From Calcarisporiella thermophila CBS 279.70 (Eukaryota > Fungi > Calcarisporiellomycota): a DNA stretch of 64,000 nt. The notes beneath the pieces were generated by a model, which saw only the letters and a program-made list of their open reading frames with translations, made no database searches and was not told the DNA's origin. A program made the position numbers and the translations under genes. Shown here one piece after another: positions 12,665 to 25,494 of the stretch. Location: the NCBI RefSeq assembly GCF_041956535.1, contig NW_027192197.1:1066036-1130035 (forward strand), in the 5' to 3' direction. Within the stretch, counting starts at the first letter, position 1. Every line of letters begins with the position of its first letter.

Positions 12665-13745
12665 TGCAAGCGAATTTATTTATTAGAATGGAGATGAATG
12701 ATAAATATGATGATGCGGGATGGAAGTAAAATGCAAAGGAAAAGAAAAAAAAAAATATGGTGGACGTTTTTGAGTAGTTTGACTTGAGGCTCATAAGGAT
12801 AATTTTAGGGCAATTGGTGGCAACAGCGCGTGGCTATGCACAAATGCTCTGTTATGGTTGGATCTTGCATTGAGAGCACTGATTGTTTTTCTCAAGGTCG
12901 AGAGCAACCACCAGGGACAGAGGGGGAGGAGGCGCAAACATCGCTGGGGAAAAGCAGCCAAACCAAACAAGATGTATATTGTTTAATGAACATCGTGGTA
13001 GACATCCTCGGATAATAGTCCTGCTCATGGCGCTTTAATTTATCCCCGCAGAGTATTATTGAGTCTAGAAATTTGAAATGTTCCAAAGCCACAACCTGCT
13101 GAGCAGTTAGGTTCCAGCAGCCTTCAGAGAGCAAAAATAGAGGCGGCCTTGCATACACAGAAACATGAAAAGTGAAACAATAGAAATAGTGTGCATGAAA
13201 TCTGCTTAACGCTTCATGAGGTTGTTTGCGCATCTGAAAGCACATGGAGTTCTCGGAGCTATAGAAAGTGGGGTTAGCTCTTCAGGACGATGTTGGACAT
13301 ACAATGATGAATGATTGGCTCCTCCTCCTCCCATATGAACTGTTGTACTTTGAGGTTCGATATTGTCTAGCGGGATGAATAAAGTAATACGAACTGCAAA
13401 TACAGAATCAGTTCTAGTACTAGTCTAAAATATAGCAGGGACACTGTATTTGGTTCTAATGAATAGCTATTCAAACAATGAGTGCTATCTGCTTTTGCAC
13501 GGCTAATGAGTCTACAATTACAATACGCAATAGGCTCCAGAATGCAAGCGAAAGACCCGAGGTCATAATTTTACGGTACCTGGAAGATCGTAGAGATATT
13601 AATTCGAATGATTATTTGCGGGCACTTGAGGTGTTTTGTGTGACTGGTAGTGACTGTCTAATTTGGATCAATGACGCCCTAATAAATTATTCTTCTAAGT
13701 AGAGCCATACATACCAGGTATCCCATCAAATAATTCACACTAGTA

Positions 13746-16700
13746 ATGTCCTCATCTCTGGCCGAGGAGCTCGATACGCTTCCCGATCCTCTACTCTCCT
13801 CCTCTCCTAAATCACCGCGCGCCTTTTCTTCCCGCGCTAGAACCCGTTCGATCACTCCTTCAGTCTCCGCTCCTAATACCCCCCCTTTCCCCGCCTCTCG
13901 ATTAACACGTCACCGTTACGATGCTGAAGCGGTAGCTGGAGCGTGGCAATCTACACGGAAATCTCAACGCTGGAAGGATTTCATTCTGGTCGCAGAATTT
14001 TCAGAGATTGAAGGCCCCGTGCCTGTGTTAACAATACCTGAGGGTGCAGTCAATCTTGGGCGGCAATCCACCTCCAATGGTGCAGGGGAACCGAAAACAG
14101 AGGAGGGATCGAAGGAGAGTATTGCGGAAAGTGTGGATCAATTCGATGTAAATGCGTTTGTCCTGAGAATTGTGTCGGTGAACCACGATAATCAAGGATT
14201 GTATGTCTTAGAATGTTGTTTACTAGATTCTGCTGCTAAGATTAAAATTGGGTTCAAATGCGATTCTCTTTTATAGGGGAGAGGCCTTTCGGATACCTGA
14301 AGATACACAGGTCTATGTTGTTGATTCGGAGTGTAACTTCTATGCATATGTAAGGGCTCATGCTTCAGAATAAATCTTAACACCTGCCTCATCATTGGCA
14401 TCTCGCTCTAGGTTCACCACTTCATTCTCTTTGACATATATGCAAGAGGATTTGTACGGCCGATTTGCATGTCATATATCACCCAGGATCCAAACAAAAT
14501 CCTCTCCTTTTTTCAAGATTTTGTAAATTATTTCAGCGAGGTAACCTTCTAACCTGTCCTCTACATTCTCTATGCGTCCTTTAACGGTCGACTCTTCTTG
14601 AAGGTGTCCGAGATCTTCAAAAATGGAAACTATGTCACGTTCTATGAGGAATTACAGCGGAGATTATTGGACTTGCGTTATACAAGAAGAATCCTAGTTG
14701 AAGAGGAGGCTGCCGAATATCATGAGCCAGAGGAGCTGGATGAGCCAACCACTTCCAAGGTAAATTCTTTTTTGTGTGGCCGAATGTCTTCTAGGGGTTG
14801 GTGCTGATCATTCTCAATTTCTGTTTCTAGCTGGAAGAAGAGGACCCTTTAGAGAGCCTCCGAATGCCCCCCCTTCAGGCACACGATACCGATGCCGACA
14901 CCATCACCTCCACCTGCTCTTCTACCCGCCCTGTAACCATTGAAACCGTTGACGCTGCGATCGATCTTACACGTCAGATAATGAATGCACTTGATCATCG
15001 CAGCAGCTCGGTGGTCGATCACTATACGAGTGATACCTCCAAGCAAACTGCAGATGATCCGGCAAATGCCATGACGGCTCGCTCAATGACAAGTACTCTT
15101 TCCCCCCCAACCCCACAAGACATCGCTTCCTTAAAAGAAATATTGAGGAGGACTCTCTCTCGAAGATCGCAAGAGACATTAATCGGACAAGAAGCCTATG
15201 AGATGAATGAAGACGTAGAATTAGAAGAGAAATTTAAAGATTATAAGGTATAAAGCTGTTTTCTTTTTCAACTTCTCAAGCTCTCGATTCACACGCTATT
15301 TCGCCCTATGAATGTCTAGCCTCAATTTTTAGAAACAATATATCCAGTGAACCGTTACGATGGCTACTTGCGCCCTCTAGAGAAACTCTGCACCGGCGGC
15401 GAATACGCCAATGAGCACCGCAGCGATGAGGCGCAAATGCCGCAGTGGTACGACCGTGCATTGCATAAGCTCCAGCTGATTTTGTCGCGGATGGGCAGGG
15501 AATCATTTGTGTTGCGTCAGGAGAAAGAGGACGCTAAACTGGCCTGTAAGCTCCAGCGTTTCATAAGTTCTTTCCCCGGAATACTCAACTGATCCTACAC
15601 TTTAATAGCGCCACTATCCTCTGCCGTGTCTTTCGGTCGGTGTTTTTTGATGAATTTCAAAAATCCGATGCCTAGAAAGTAAGGGAATCGTTGAAATCGC
15701 CCTCCTATCTTTTAAGGTTACTTATTTTTGTTTTGTGTCCTTTGTCAGACTCGGCACACAAACACCTTTTTATCAATATCCATCGGAAGTGAATTCATTG
15801 GGAGAAGAAGCCATATTGAATGCAATGTTGGATGAAGGAGTATCCGTGGTATGTATCCGGCTCCAATCCGCACCCCAAGCCTATTCTTTTATTTAATTAT
15901 GGTTTTTGTACTAGCCCGATGACGGTGAGGATTTCAAGCTCCCACACCACCCTTCGGCCAATATCTCTAAACTTCCTTCGGAGTCTTCGACCGCAGCCTC
16001 GATCTACCTTGAGGACTACCCATACTCATCCCTCCCATACCCTTCCTCCGCCATTGCTGGATGGGCTGACGGCGACTCGCCTCATCCGCCTCCTTCTTCC
16101 GTTTTACCCCCCGTATCTCCTAGAATGAATATAGACTCTTGTCTCTTCCCACTCAAAAGCGTCGCAGATATCATTTGGTCAGATAGCGCGGATAAACTTG
16201 GCTCTGGCATCTTAGAACTCCTAAAGTCGTTGAAAGGCGACGCACAACACTTGATATTCGCACTGCTAAGCGGCCGGCCTCTGATTGTCATCGGGTCGGA
16301 GGAGAACAAAGCGTACGTACACTTTTATTGGTGCATAGAGAATGAGGCATCTTACCTGTTGTCTGTGCCCTTATTAGGAGAGTTTCCGCAGCCATTGTCG
16401 CGTTAGCAGTATTTGTACCGGGGCATAGTAAGTACAACCATCGGATTATCAAATGGTACAAGAAAGAGATGCTCTCACCCGAAGAAATGGAGCATATCAA
16501 ACTGGTCGGAGTAGATAAGAACTTGGTGGATTCGATGGTGTATGAGGTAGGTGCCCACAGTGGTATGACTTGATCAACTTGAGGTTAAATGGAATTTTTT
16601 TGTCTGAAAAAAATACAAGGCCAATGTTAGCGTCCTGGACGTGGACTCGAATAAGCTGCTGAGCGGGCCACTGTATATTTCCGGAAAAATTATCCACGAT

Positions 16701-18230
16701 ATCTTATCACCTCTCTCTAGCTTCGAAGTAAGTTGAACCATTTTCGCCAAATATAGAGTTACTTCGTATTTAACTTTTGCTCCCTCGCTTCCTTTGCTTC
16801 ACTAGGATGATTCCTCTTTTATTGCACATATTTTTTCTGTCTTCAGCGATATCTCCCTCAAAGCCTTTGTTTATTATCATGTTCATCTTCATCCTGACAC
16901 GGTCGCCGAGTTTAAACCGGATCCGACCGCTTTTGCTGAGTACCGCAGGGTTCCCTCCTCCTCTTCCTCCCACAATATACCCCCTCCTCCACCGCTTGAT
17001 TTTGTGCCCGGTAGCAGTTATGGTAGTGAATCCTCTAAAAAATGGGGCGGCTTCTTCGATTATCTAGCCGCAAAAGCACGTAGGCGGTCTTCACGTGCCT
17101 CATCCACGGCCTCTATTGCCGCATCAGTAGCAGAGGGGTTCATTAGTGGTGCATGGGATTTGGCAAGAAACGAGGATATTTCGAATAAGACAGATGACGA
17201 AGAGAAGAGCGTCGATTGTGGCGATGGGGAGAGAAAGGCGAAAGTGAGCAACTTCTTGGGATTAGGAAGAATGTTCCAAAGCGGAACCGGAAGCTGGGAA
17301 AGGGGTCGCCCGCCCGCCCTGCCAGCATCATGGAGCATGCGAAGTATATCGGGATCGTCCACGCCAATGACCGGAGACCCGTTGTCGGCGAGTTGTGGCA
17401 AAGACGAAGAAGCGAAGAAGGACGCGGAAGAGACGGAGGAGGGGGGAGCAAGAGAAGTTGAGGGAGAGGGCCAAGGATCCGAAGAACGGCCTTGTGAAAC
17501 TGAAGAAAAGGCTGAGAGTGCAGAGGGGAAAGCAAAGGCAGAAGGCGCGGAGATAATTCCAGAGAGAGTGGCGGCCGCACATAATGAAGTAGAGGGGATG
17601 GCCAAAGAAACGGAGGACAGTGCTGAAATGAAGGAGCGGGGAGTAGCAGAGCATGCCTCGAAAGAAATTGGCGAGGAAGGGGGAAAAGATGATTCCCCGG
17701 AGGTTGTCATGGACAAGGTGGCGGAGGGCGAGGCAGAGAGACATGACGACCACTCCAAATCGACTGCGGTGGTACAGGCCGGCTTGGAGGAGACGCAGTC
17801 CTCTTCTCTCTCTCTGGAGGCCGCCCAAAGGCCCTCTATTAGCACAGCTTCCGCACCACACGATGAAGATGCACCGCTCCTCTCCGTGAGCCGGCGCGGC
17901 TCCCTCGCCCCCACAATCACCAGTGTTTTGAGTGACGACGATCCCTCGTCCGAGGCGCCTGACTCGGTTATTATGACGGCCGATGGAGAAGAGGAGTCGC
18001 ACAGAGGCAGACGTTTGTCCGAGGATGGAGAGTCGTCCTATGATTTGGTGGGGGACGTGGACGAGGGCCAGCGGTTCCTGGAGGAGGAGCTGCTTTGTAT
18101 TGGCGATGATCAGGCTATTATCATGGTAAGTGCACCCTTGAGCCGGCCACGGCCGCACCGGATGGCTAATGATTTTGTGTCTTAGTACATTGCGTCCAAC
18201 GTGGACAGCGCCATTGCATCGGCGGGCTAG
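13746..18230 (+). CDS. SMCR8-like longin/DENN protein (folliculin family), multi-exon
   Basis: DFILVAEFSEIEGPVPVLTIP; exon near 14412-14540 reads HHFILFDIYARGFVRPICMSYITQDPNKI...FSE-VSEIFKNGN; LRPLEKLC; HLIFALLSGRPLIVIG. These match SMCR8 motifs as I recall them. Confidence 0.75.
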
Positions 18231-18438
18231 TTTCATCCGTCTTACATGTTTATTTTGTACAGTCTATTTCTTTTTTTGGCGAAACAATTGTTTCTGAATT
18301 AAGTTGCGAAATTTTTGCTTCTGTGCGCGTTTCTGAGTTGGCTATTAATAGATAGTCTTAAGGGAAGAAAAATAGGAACCCTCCTCTCCCCATTCCTAAT
18401 GCATTCCATTGCTTCCATCACCTTCATTTGATTAAACC

Positions 18439-21400
18439 ATGTCGCGATCAAAAGGGTGGAAATGGCAAATTCTGATCCTCGCCGTCCTGCTCCTTCTACA
18501 GGGCAGCCTTGCCATCGCCGGCACAAAGACGCGATTTTCCTACTGTCCCAATGACCGTGGTTCCATGGATGTTATGGAAGTGGAAGCCGTCTTTGTTTCC
18601 CCGCAATCCGTCAACATTAGCATTTACGGTTCAGTCAATCAGCCCTTCGGAAATATCAACACTGATGAAAATAGTAAATAACTGTTGTTTTTTAACATAA
18701 GCTCTGGCCACTGATCTCTGTCTATGTGTTGCATATATCACTCTGGCTCGCAGCTCAAGCTACCGCGTTCACAAAGGTTTCGATCCTGGGCAATCAAATA
18801 TTTAATCAACGAGAAGGTCTTTGCAATTTGACGCAAGGATGCCCTGCTTCCCCCGGCAATGTTACCTTTCATAAGGTATATTCTTCTGGATATATTCGGA
18901 GTCAAAACTTCCATTCAAAAAACTCCTTTTTTATTCTAACTGAATCTATAAACATGGATGCTTTCCATTCTAGTTGCTTCAGTTCAATGCATCTCTCCAC
19001 AGTCATGGCGTCCCCTTGGGTGAAGCCGTGATTCAATTCCGGGCCCTGCACGAGAGGAAGACAGTTCTCACCTGCGTAGAAATTCCGCTGGCCTTTCAAA
19101 ATCCCACCCTCTCAACCGCACTCATCTACATCCCGATCGGCCTGACCATTTTCATAGCACTGGCCTTGCTTCTACCGTATTTTGTGCAAACTGTCGGCCT
19201 TGGGGATCTCTTTGTTTACACAAGCAACTACGCCATGCACCCCAGACTGCTTAAGACCAAAACGCCTGGCTTGGCAGATATATGGGCCTATCATCTTTTT
19301 GTGGTTGCGATAGCCCAAATCAATATCGAGGGAATGCCCCAGTTTTACCGCATGTTTGCGGTGAATTTTGCCTGGAGCGGCTTATATCTGGGAATGGAGT
19401 GGGTGACACGGGTAGTAGAGAGGACGCAAGGATTGTCGGGTGGTCCATCTCCCCTAGACACTGGAAGCTTCCAAAGGAGACAGTCGGCTCCTCCCCCTCC
19501 CTCCACCGTCGCTCCGAGTTCGGTCGCAAATGCCGCAGACTCAAACCTCAGCTCCTTCGCGCGACTTGCAGGCATCGATCCACACGGGCTCTTCATCACC
19601 GTGCTAATTTGGTTTTCAATTGTTCTGGCTGGGATGCTCTTGGTACACGTCGTAATAATTGGTCTAAACTTCCTGCTTGGCTGGTGGAGACCAGCGAGAT
19701 ATGGAGGAGGCAGTTCAAAGTTACTTAATTTTACGCTAGGTATACTTGCTCAGCCATAGATTGGGAGAACGGCGTGGAATGCTCACTCTCGTTTACACAA
19801 TCCCCTAGGAAACATACTGCGCTTGCTTTTGCTCTTTTACCTTCCGCTCTTGACTGTTTGTTTCGAACAGCTCATGGCCGTCTCTATCTGGCAACTGGAC
19901 CTCGCCGCCGCATTACTGCTCATCTTTCCACTCTTCTCTCTCTTCGCATACATAGCATTTCTGGTGCTGCGTGCGCGGCCGCCCTCCCTGCTTTTTGACG
20001 ACATGAACTTGCTTTTACGCTTCGGCCCGCTCTACAACACGCTAACCGACGAGACAAATGCGTTCTTCATCGTAGGGCTCGTGAAAACCCTTTTATGGGG
20101 GGCACTGCTAGGGGTCGTTTCCAACGGGACGGTTCAGTTGTCGATTCTGGTGACCGCTGAGGTTGCCTACTTGGGCGGTCTGATCTACCGAAGACCATAT
20201 GCCGATGCGAAGATCAACCGATTCCAAATGCTGGTGGCCGGGTGGCGCATCATAGTCCTGCTGCTCATGTTTGGCGTGCTCTCCTCAAATGACGTGGCCA
20301 CCCGAGGCTGGATCGCCTATGTGCAAATCCTGATGCATATGATCGCTTATTTCACCTTCTTTGCGATGACACTGTGGAACATTATCCGCTTGGTGGTCCG
20401 ATTTGAGGTGGTGGAATCGAGTTTTTGGCATGCTCGCCTGCGACAGCGCCGGGCCGCCACCAGAAGTATGCCCACCACCCTCACCTCGATCCAAAACGGC
20501 CGGACCGCAAGCCTCAAAGGGTCGCTGGACTTTTCTTCGGGGGAAATGGCTGGATATAGGCTCTCGAATAGCGCCCGCCCAAGTGTGACCAGCACCCTTG
20601 TTGGCTCTGGGCCTGCCGAAGGTGTCATGGTCATTGGCGGGCCGCAGGGGAGATCCAGCCCGCTGAGCCATTCTGCTCTGGGGGGTGGGGCCGAACGGGA
20701 TCCAGAAGAGACCTGGAGCGGAGATGATCAGAGGCAAACCTTTTACCGCCAATCGTACAAGAGCCGTAGGCGCTATGGCTCGCGCACGTTCAGCCAGCCG
20801 GTCATGCTGGGAGAGCTCTCACGGTCGAATACAGAGGAGAATCTGACCCAGTCGGCCGACGGAGGGGCGGAGCCGTCCCAGCGAAAGGCTTTTCGCCCGA
20901 AGGAAAGGGTAAAACATCTTTCTGTCGACATCGATCTGCACACATCCCTACTGGGGACCACCGAGAGGCATTCGCCTTCACCTCTCTCGGCCCCCCTCAA
21001 CGGCTCGCCCCGCTATTCCGCCAAAGCCTATTTGACAAACACCTCAACCACTCCGATAGAGTATTCGCCCGTGGCCACCACCCTATCGCAGCAATCGTTG
21101 GCGAGCGTTGCCTCTCTCCACAATGGAGGCGCGATTCTCATTCCGGCCATTGGTGCTGCGGAAGGAGATCCATATGGAAGCTCAATGGCGGTGCGAGAGT
21201 GGGCAAGAGAGTCATCGGGGAGCGTGGGGAGGTATCCTTCCCCGACGAGAGCATCGGAGCGGCATTCTCCTGGCGGGCAAAGCCCCAGTTACAACGAAGC
21301 CTATTCAGACATGTCGAGTGGGGCGCGCGAGGGGACCCAAGAAGCGGCCAGGTTTGACCCCGACAGGCCAGAAGCTGGTGGGCATTTCGAGGTTAGAAGC

Positions 21401-21712
21401 ATCGGTGCAGGCTCAATACAACCGGGGAAACTGGTGGTGGTCAACAGTGCGCCGGAATCCGATGAACCCACCCCTGACCCGCATCGACCGTGGAGGGAAG
21501 AGAACGATCTCGCTGCAGGGCGAGACGCTTCCAACGACCAATTTGTTTCTTTCGTCTCCCCGCCTCATCGTGGCCCTTCTCCTGCTTCAACCGGTATCCG
21601 CCGCTCCGGCCCAACGAAACTTTCCTCGCGGAGTGGGCGCTCGGCCCTGACCACAGAGAGTGAGGCCATATCTTTCGTCACGGCCCCTTCCCACATGTCG
21701 GACGAAGAGTAA
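18439..21712 (+). CDS. TRP-like/FLC (Pkd2-type) membrane protein with N-terminal ML-like domain
   Basis: Signal peptide, Cys-containing ML-like region (LCNLTQGCP, LTCVEIPL), KTPGLADI...MPQFYRMFAVNFAWS, LRFGPLYNT, several TM helices and a long disordered C-tail. Confidence 0.85.
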
Positions 21713-22856
21713 TAATAGCCCCCCACCACCCTTGCCTGCCTCATATCACATTCAAGCAGAATTAATTTTCAACACTCTCTATATATTATTTATTCTTTAT
21801 ACCTATTACCTATCTTATATGATCGATTGTATATAATCATTTGGAACATTAACATTTTTTTTATACACTTATTTTCTTGTTTTTTATTTTTTATTCTATC
21901 CTCAAATAGCAAAAAGGGCTGGATCAATACAATGTTAGAGAGAATTCCATCGAATTTGCAATATATGCCGTAATTGGTCAGCATTCAATCCCCTCTATGA
22001 AAGGTATACATGCAGAGCAATGGATAGATTAATGGTGAAAGAAAAAACCGATCAAATAAGATCAAGTAAACGCTCTCATTCCTCATGATCGCCCCTCATC
22101 CCCCCATCGCCCTTATATAAGACGTGGCCGGTTTCTACCCAAAACCAGGCCCCGACTCCATCGGGCGAGGGAGAAGTAGCGAGAGGGATCAAGGCTCCTT
22201 TGAAAAAAGGGAGGATGTCGAGTCTCTTATTTTCATCACCTCGGCTTTCTCCTTCATACAAAAGAAGTAGAAGAAAAAAAAAACCTAAACTGAGCCCAGT
22301 CTAGAAATAAAATACATGTTTAATCACATAGGATTCAGATCCTCTTAGATTAAATCATCTCTACACCAAAAGTTCAACGAAGGAAGTTTTTGGTGGATCA
22401 TATAAACAGTGGAACGCGACTGAACCCCCCTTATTGTGTCTTTTAATAGGATTCTGCGCCACCCTTTCTGGAAATGTCAGAGCTTGGATTTCGACAACTA
22501 GATTGAAAGCAATAAGAAGACCCGGAGCCTACATCGTAACCACGCCACGTTTCGTAGTGAGGCTAGTTTTTACGTGATGAAGCTGGTTTGAAGCTAGGCC
22601 GTTGAATGGGAGACATGAGGCGTGGCTTTGCTATCGCATGTATTATGGGCTGATATTGCCGGGTCCCAAGGGCGGATATCTAGGTTTACGTATTGTTTCC
22701 CTTACAGAACAAAGCCGATATAATTTACTAAGAAATAGATGGGTGAATTAGAAGTACAAACTCTAAATTAGGTCATATCTAACGCAAGAGAACACTAATT
22801 AAAACAAAATATCTAAACATATGGAAACAAGGCAAAAGCAAGGTCATGCATCGGAG

Positions 22857-24439
22857 CTAGGCTGCCGCCTTGAGTGCACATTCACATTCGCCCCATACCC
22901 ATCGTATCAGCTCCCGTGCCTGTGCCCTCCCAAGTTCCATCAGTCCCTTTGCCTTCAACTTTGCTAAGCATCCAATTGGCAGCCGTGGATTCTCCATTCG
23001 CACCGCCAGGTCGCCTCTCTTTTTCTCGAAAAACTCTACATTATCCCGCTGCGCGACCTCACGTAGGGCTGGTTGCCAAACCGCATCGAAGTACTCTCCC
23101 ATTTCAAAGGTGCGTTCCATTTCTTTACGGAGGGCTGCCACCTCTAGTCCGGTTCTGGGCTCTTCTGCCACTGCCCCACTGTCTTGGCATTGGCGGCGAG
23201 CACTGTCATACTGGATTTCCTCCAATATTACGTCTGCCATGGCTTGAATGCGTGCTTGCTCAGGGGTGGCGGGGACACATCGCGTGCCGGAATAAACCGA
23301 GGCATTCAACTCGAATTCGGGATCGCAGCTCACGATTTTTCCATCTGAGCATGTTGCATGGGGCGGGCAGGGGGTGCACCATCTCCACCCATATATATTG
23401 TGGCATGTCCCCACCGGCAATTCTATAAAGAACCAAGCCAGACCGCAAGCTATCACCGCCAGCAGCACCACCATCCCAAGCGACCAATCGACTTCCTCAC
23501 TAACAACGGTCTTTTGTTTTTGGGACTGGCGGCGCTGCGTTTTGAGAGCGGGAGAGAGAGGCGGATTGGGAAGCGATGGGTATTTGGAAACAGGCGATGA
23601 AAAAGCAGTGGGGTCCACTGACGATGCACGGCGACTTCTGCTCTGGGATCGGGAACGAGAACGGGAGCGGGCACGCGAGAGTTGGCGAGACCGCATCTCT
23701 GTCTAGAGGGTATTAATAGTTTAGAAAGATGTGTGCAGGGAGGGTGAGGTACATAGCAATAACTACCATGGGTGAATTTTTATTGAAGCCGGGTTCCAGG
23801 CGATGATAATTAAGGGTGCGTGGAGTTTCCGAGAACAAAGGCTGGTTTGAGGATGGGTTAGTGATCCGATATCGACCGCTGACGAGCGAGCAAACATGTA
23901 CAAACTCACCATTCGCCTCCCTTCATAGTCGGGCATCTCGAACGACAGTGGTTCACTCATTCTGTGGCCAAAACGCCTACTTCCCTTTGCAAACCCATGA
24001 CCTCCACTGTCGGATTCTTCGCTCTCAGGAGGGATGTTCTCTTGGTCTCCCCCGGCCCGACTCTGCCTGAGTTTCTGCTTGGCTGGCGGGAGAGGCACCA
24101 CAAATCCATCCTGGCTCACCTTTGCCTTCTTGTTGTTGACACTCTTTACCCTGTTCCTTTCTCCAAGTATGTTTTTTTCCACGGTGGTTTCTGAAAACCG
24201 CTGAATGTTGGTTTTGAAGAGCTCTATCAGATCATCTTTGCGAGAACGCGAACTGAATTTTATCCCATGCGAAGAGAGAATTTCTTTCTGCGGATGATGA
24301 GGGGACGGGACAGAAGAGGCTTTAGGGAAGATAGCAAGGGACTAGAATGGTGTCATGGAGTAGGAGTCATACTTACAAGCTCTGGAATTCGGAGTGTGTA
24401 AGGATCGAAATTGGGATCCGAGTAAGCGGGTGGGGGCAT
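22857..24439 (-). CDS. Src1/Heh/Man1-like inner nuclear membrane protein (HeH/LEM N-terminus, MSC luminal domain), apparently C-terminally short
   Basis: MPPPAYSDPNFDPYTLRIPEL | KEILSSHGIKFSSRSRKDDLIELF (HeH motif), one TM helix, CTPCPPHATCSDGKIVSCDPEF (MSC motif), LPIGC. Confidence 0.75.
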
Positions 24440-24870
24440 CCTCAAAAATAAGATCAGGTCAATTCTAAGCTTTATGAATGGATCTCGTCAAAGCTGTGCA
24501 GTTTGGAGGGGAATTTCAGAAACAGCAGCAAAGATAGATAAAAATTTATATCGAGAGGGGTAATATCGATCTGGAATTTAAAGAATTTATCGCGTACAGA
24601 CGCGTAATAATAATTGAAACCGACCGGAATTTTTCCAAGCACGGGGAATGCTTAATTAGGGCAGAGGGATCCTATTCTCGTGTGTCTCGCAGTCATATAC
24701 TAGAGCCAATTCGCTCACCTAAGCCTTACACGCTCTAGTCCTCTCAGAGTTATCCGATTTAATCCTTCATTTTCCTTTTGGTAGACAGTCCAAGGGGCAG
24801 CAGCCAAAGAGTGTGACATAGAATTGGAAGAAGGAAGAGACTACAAAGATATACTTTAGGGAGGAAGGTG

Positions 24871-24911
24871 CTCAAGAGTTGATGACCATCGAGTGGTAAT
24901 TGACTCTTGAG
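24871..24911. other. Imperfect 18-bp hairpin
   Basis: CTCAAGAGTTGATGACCA-TCGAG-TGGTAATTGACTCTTGAG; two G-U pairs and one mismatch on the + strand. Confidence 0.6.
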
Positions 24912-24969
24912 TTGCGGAAAAGCCACTCACACACTTATATCTATCTAATTTATACCACTATACTATTAC

Positions 24970-25340
24970 CTTTTATTTCTTTCTCTATTGCATTTAATCT
25001 ATGCTATTAAAAATCTTTTTAGTAATATAGACTCAATGATAACAAAATACAATAAGACTTTATCTCTTTAAATTTTGTCACTTCAACTCATAAATTACTA
25101 TTTTTTTTTTCTTTCTCAATATTCACTCTCAGGATTCTTTATCAGAAATAAAGACTCAATGATCACAAAAACTTTATCTCTTTAAATTTTGCCACTTCAA
25201 CCCATGAATTTCCTTTTTTTACTTTCGCAATTGTATTCAATGTACACTATTAGGTGTTTTTTTCAGTAATAAAGACTCAAGGAGGGTCAAAAACACAAAC
25301 ATTCAATTTCCTCTCTTTAAATCTAATGACTCAACGATAA
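24970..25340 (+). repeat. 3-4 degenerate ~115-130-bp tandem units resembling decayed retroposon 3' tails
   Basis: Recurring CTTTATCTCTTTAAATTTTG(T/C)CACTTCAAC and AAT(A)AAGACTCAATGAT(A/C)ACAAAA; the latter resembles the LINE end AATAAAGACTC...TTGATC(A)n at 60653-60682 and 62122-62155. Confidence 0.6.
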
Positions 25341-25494
25341 AGGACCCCTTATGAACCTCTTTTATTGGAGCGGTCTGTAAGAGCGAGAGAGCAGTCACGC
25401 TTATCTCATGAGCTAATTTTTGATTCACTCGGGAGTATATAGTCGACTCCACTATTTTATTCCCGCTCTTGCCATTCTAACCTAGTCCTTCACC

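Noticed and set aside
14541-14603. U12-type intron (TCCTTTAAC branch-like sequence)
   Set aside because: The donor is GTAACC, not the U12 consensus RTATCCTT.
17060-18236. Long antisense ORFs here and over RPS3, EFR3, arginase and VPS15
   Set aside because: Shadows of GC-rich coding strands with no independent motifs.
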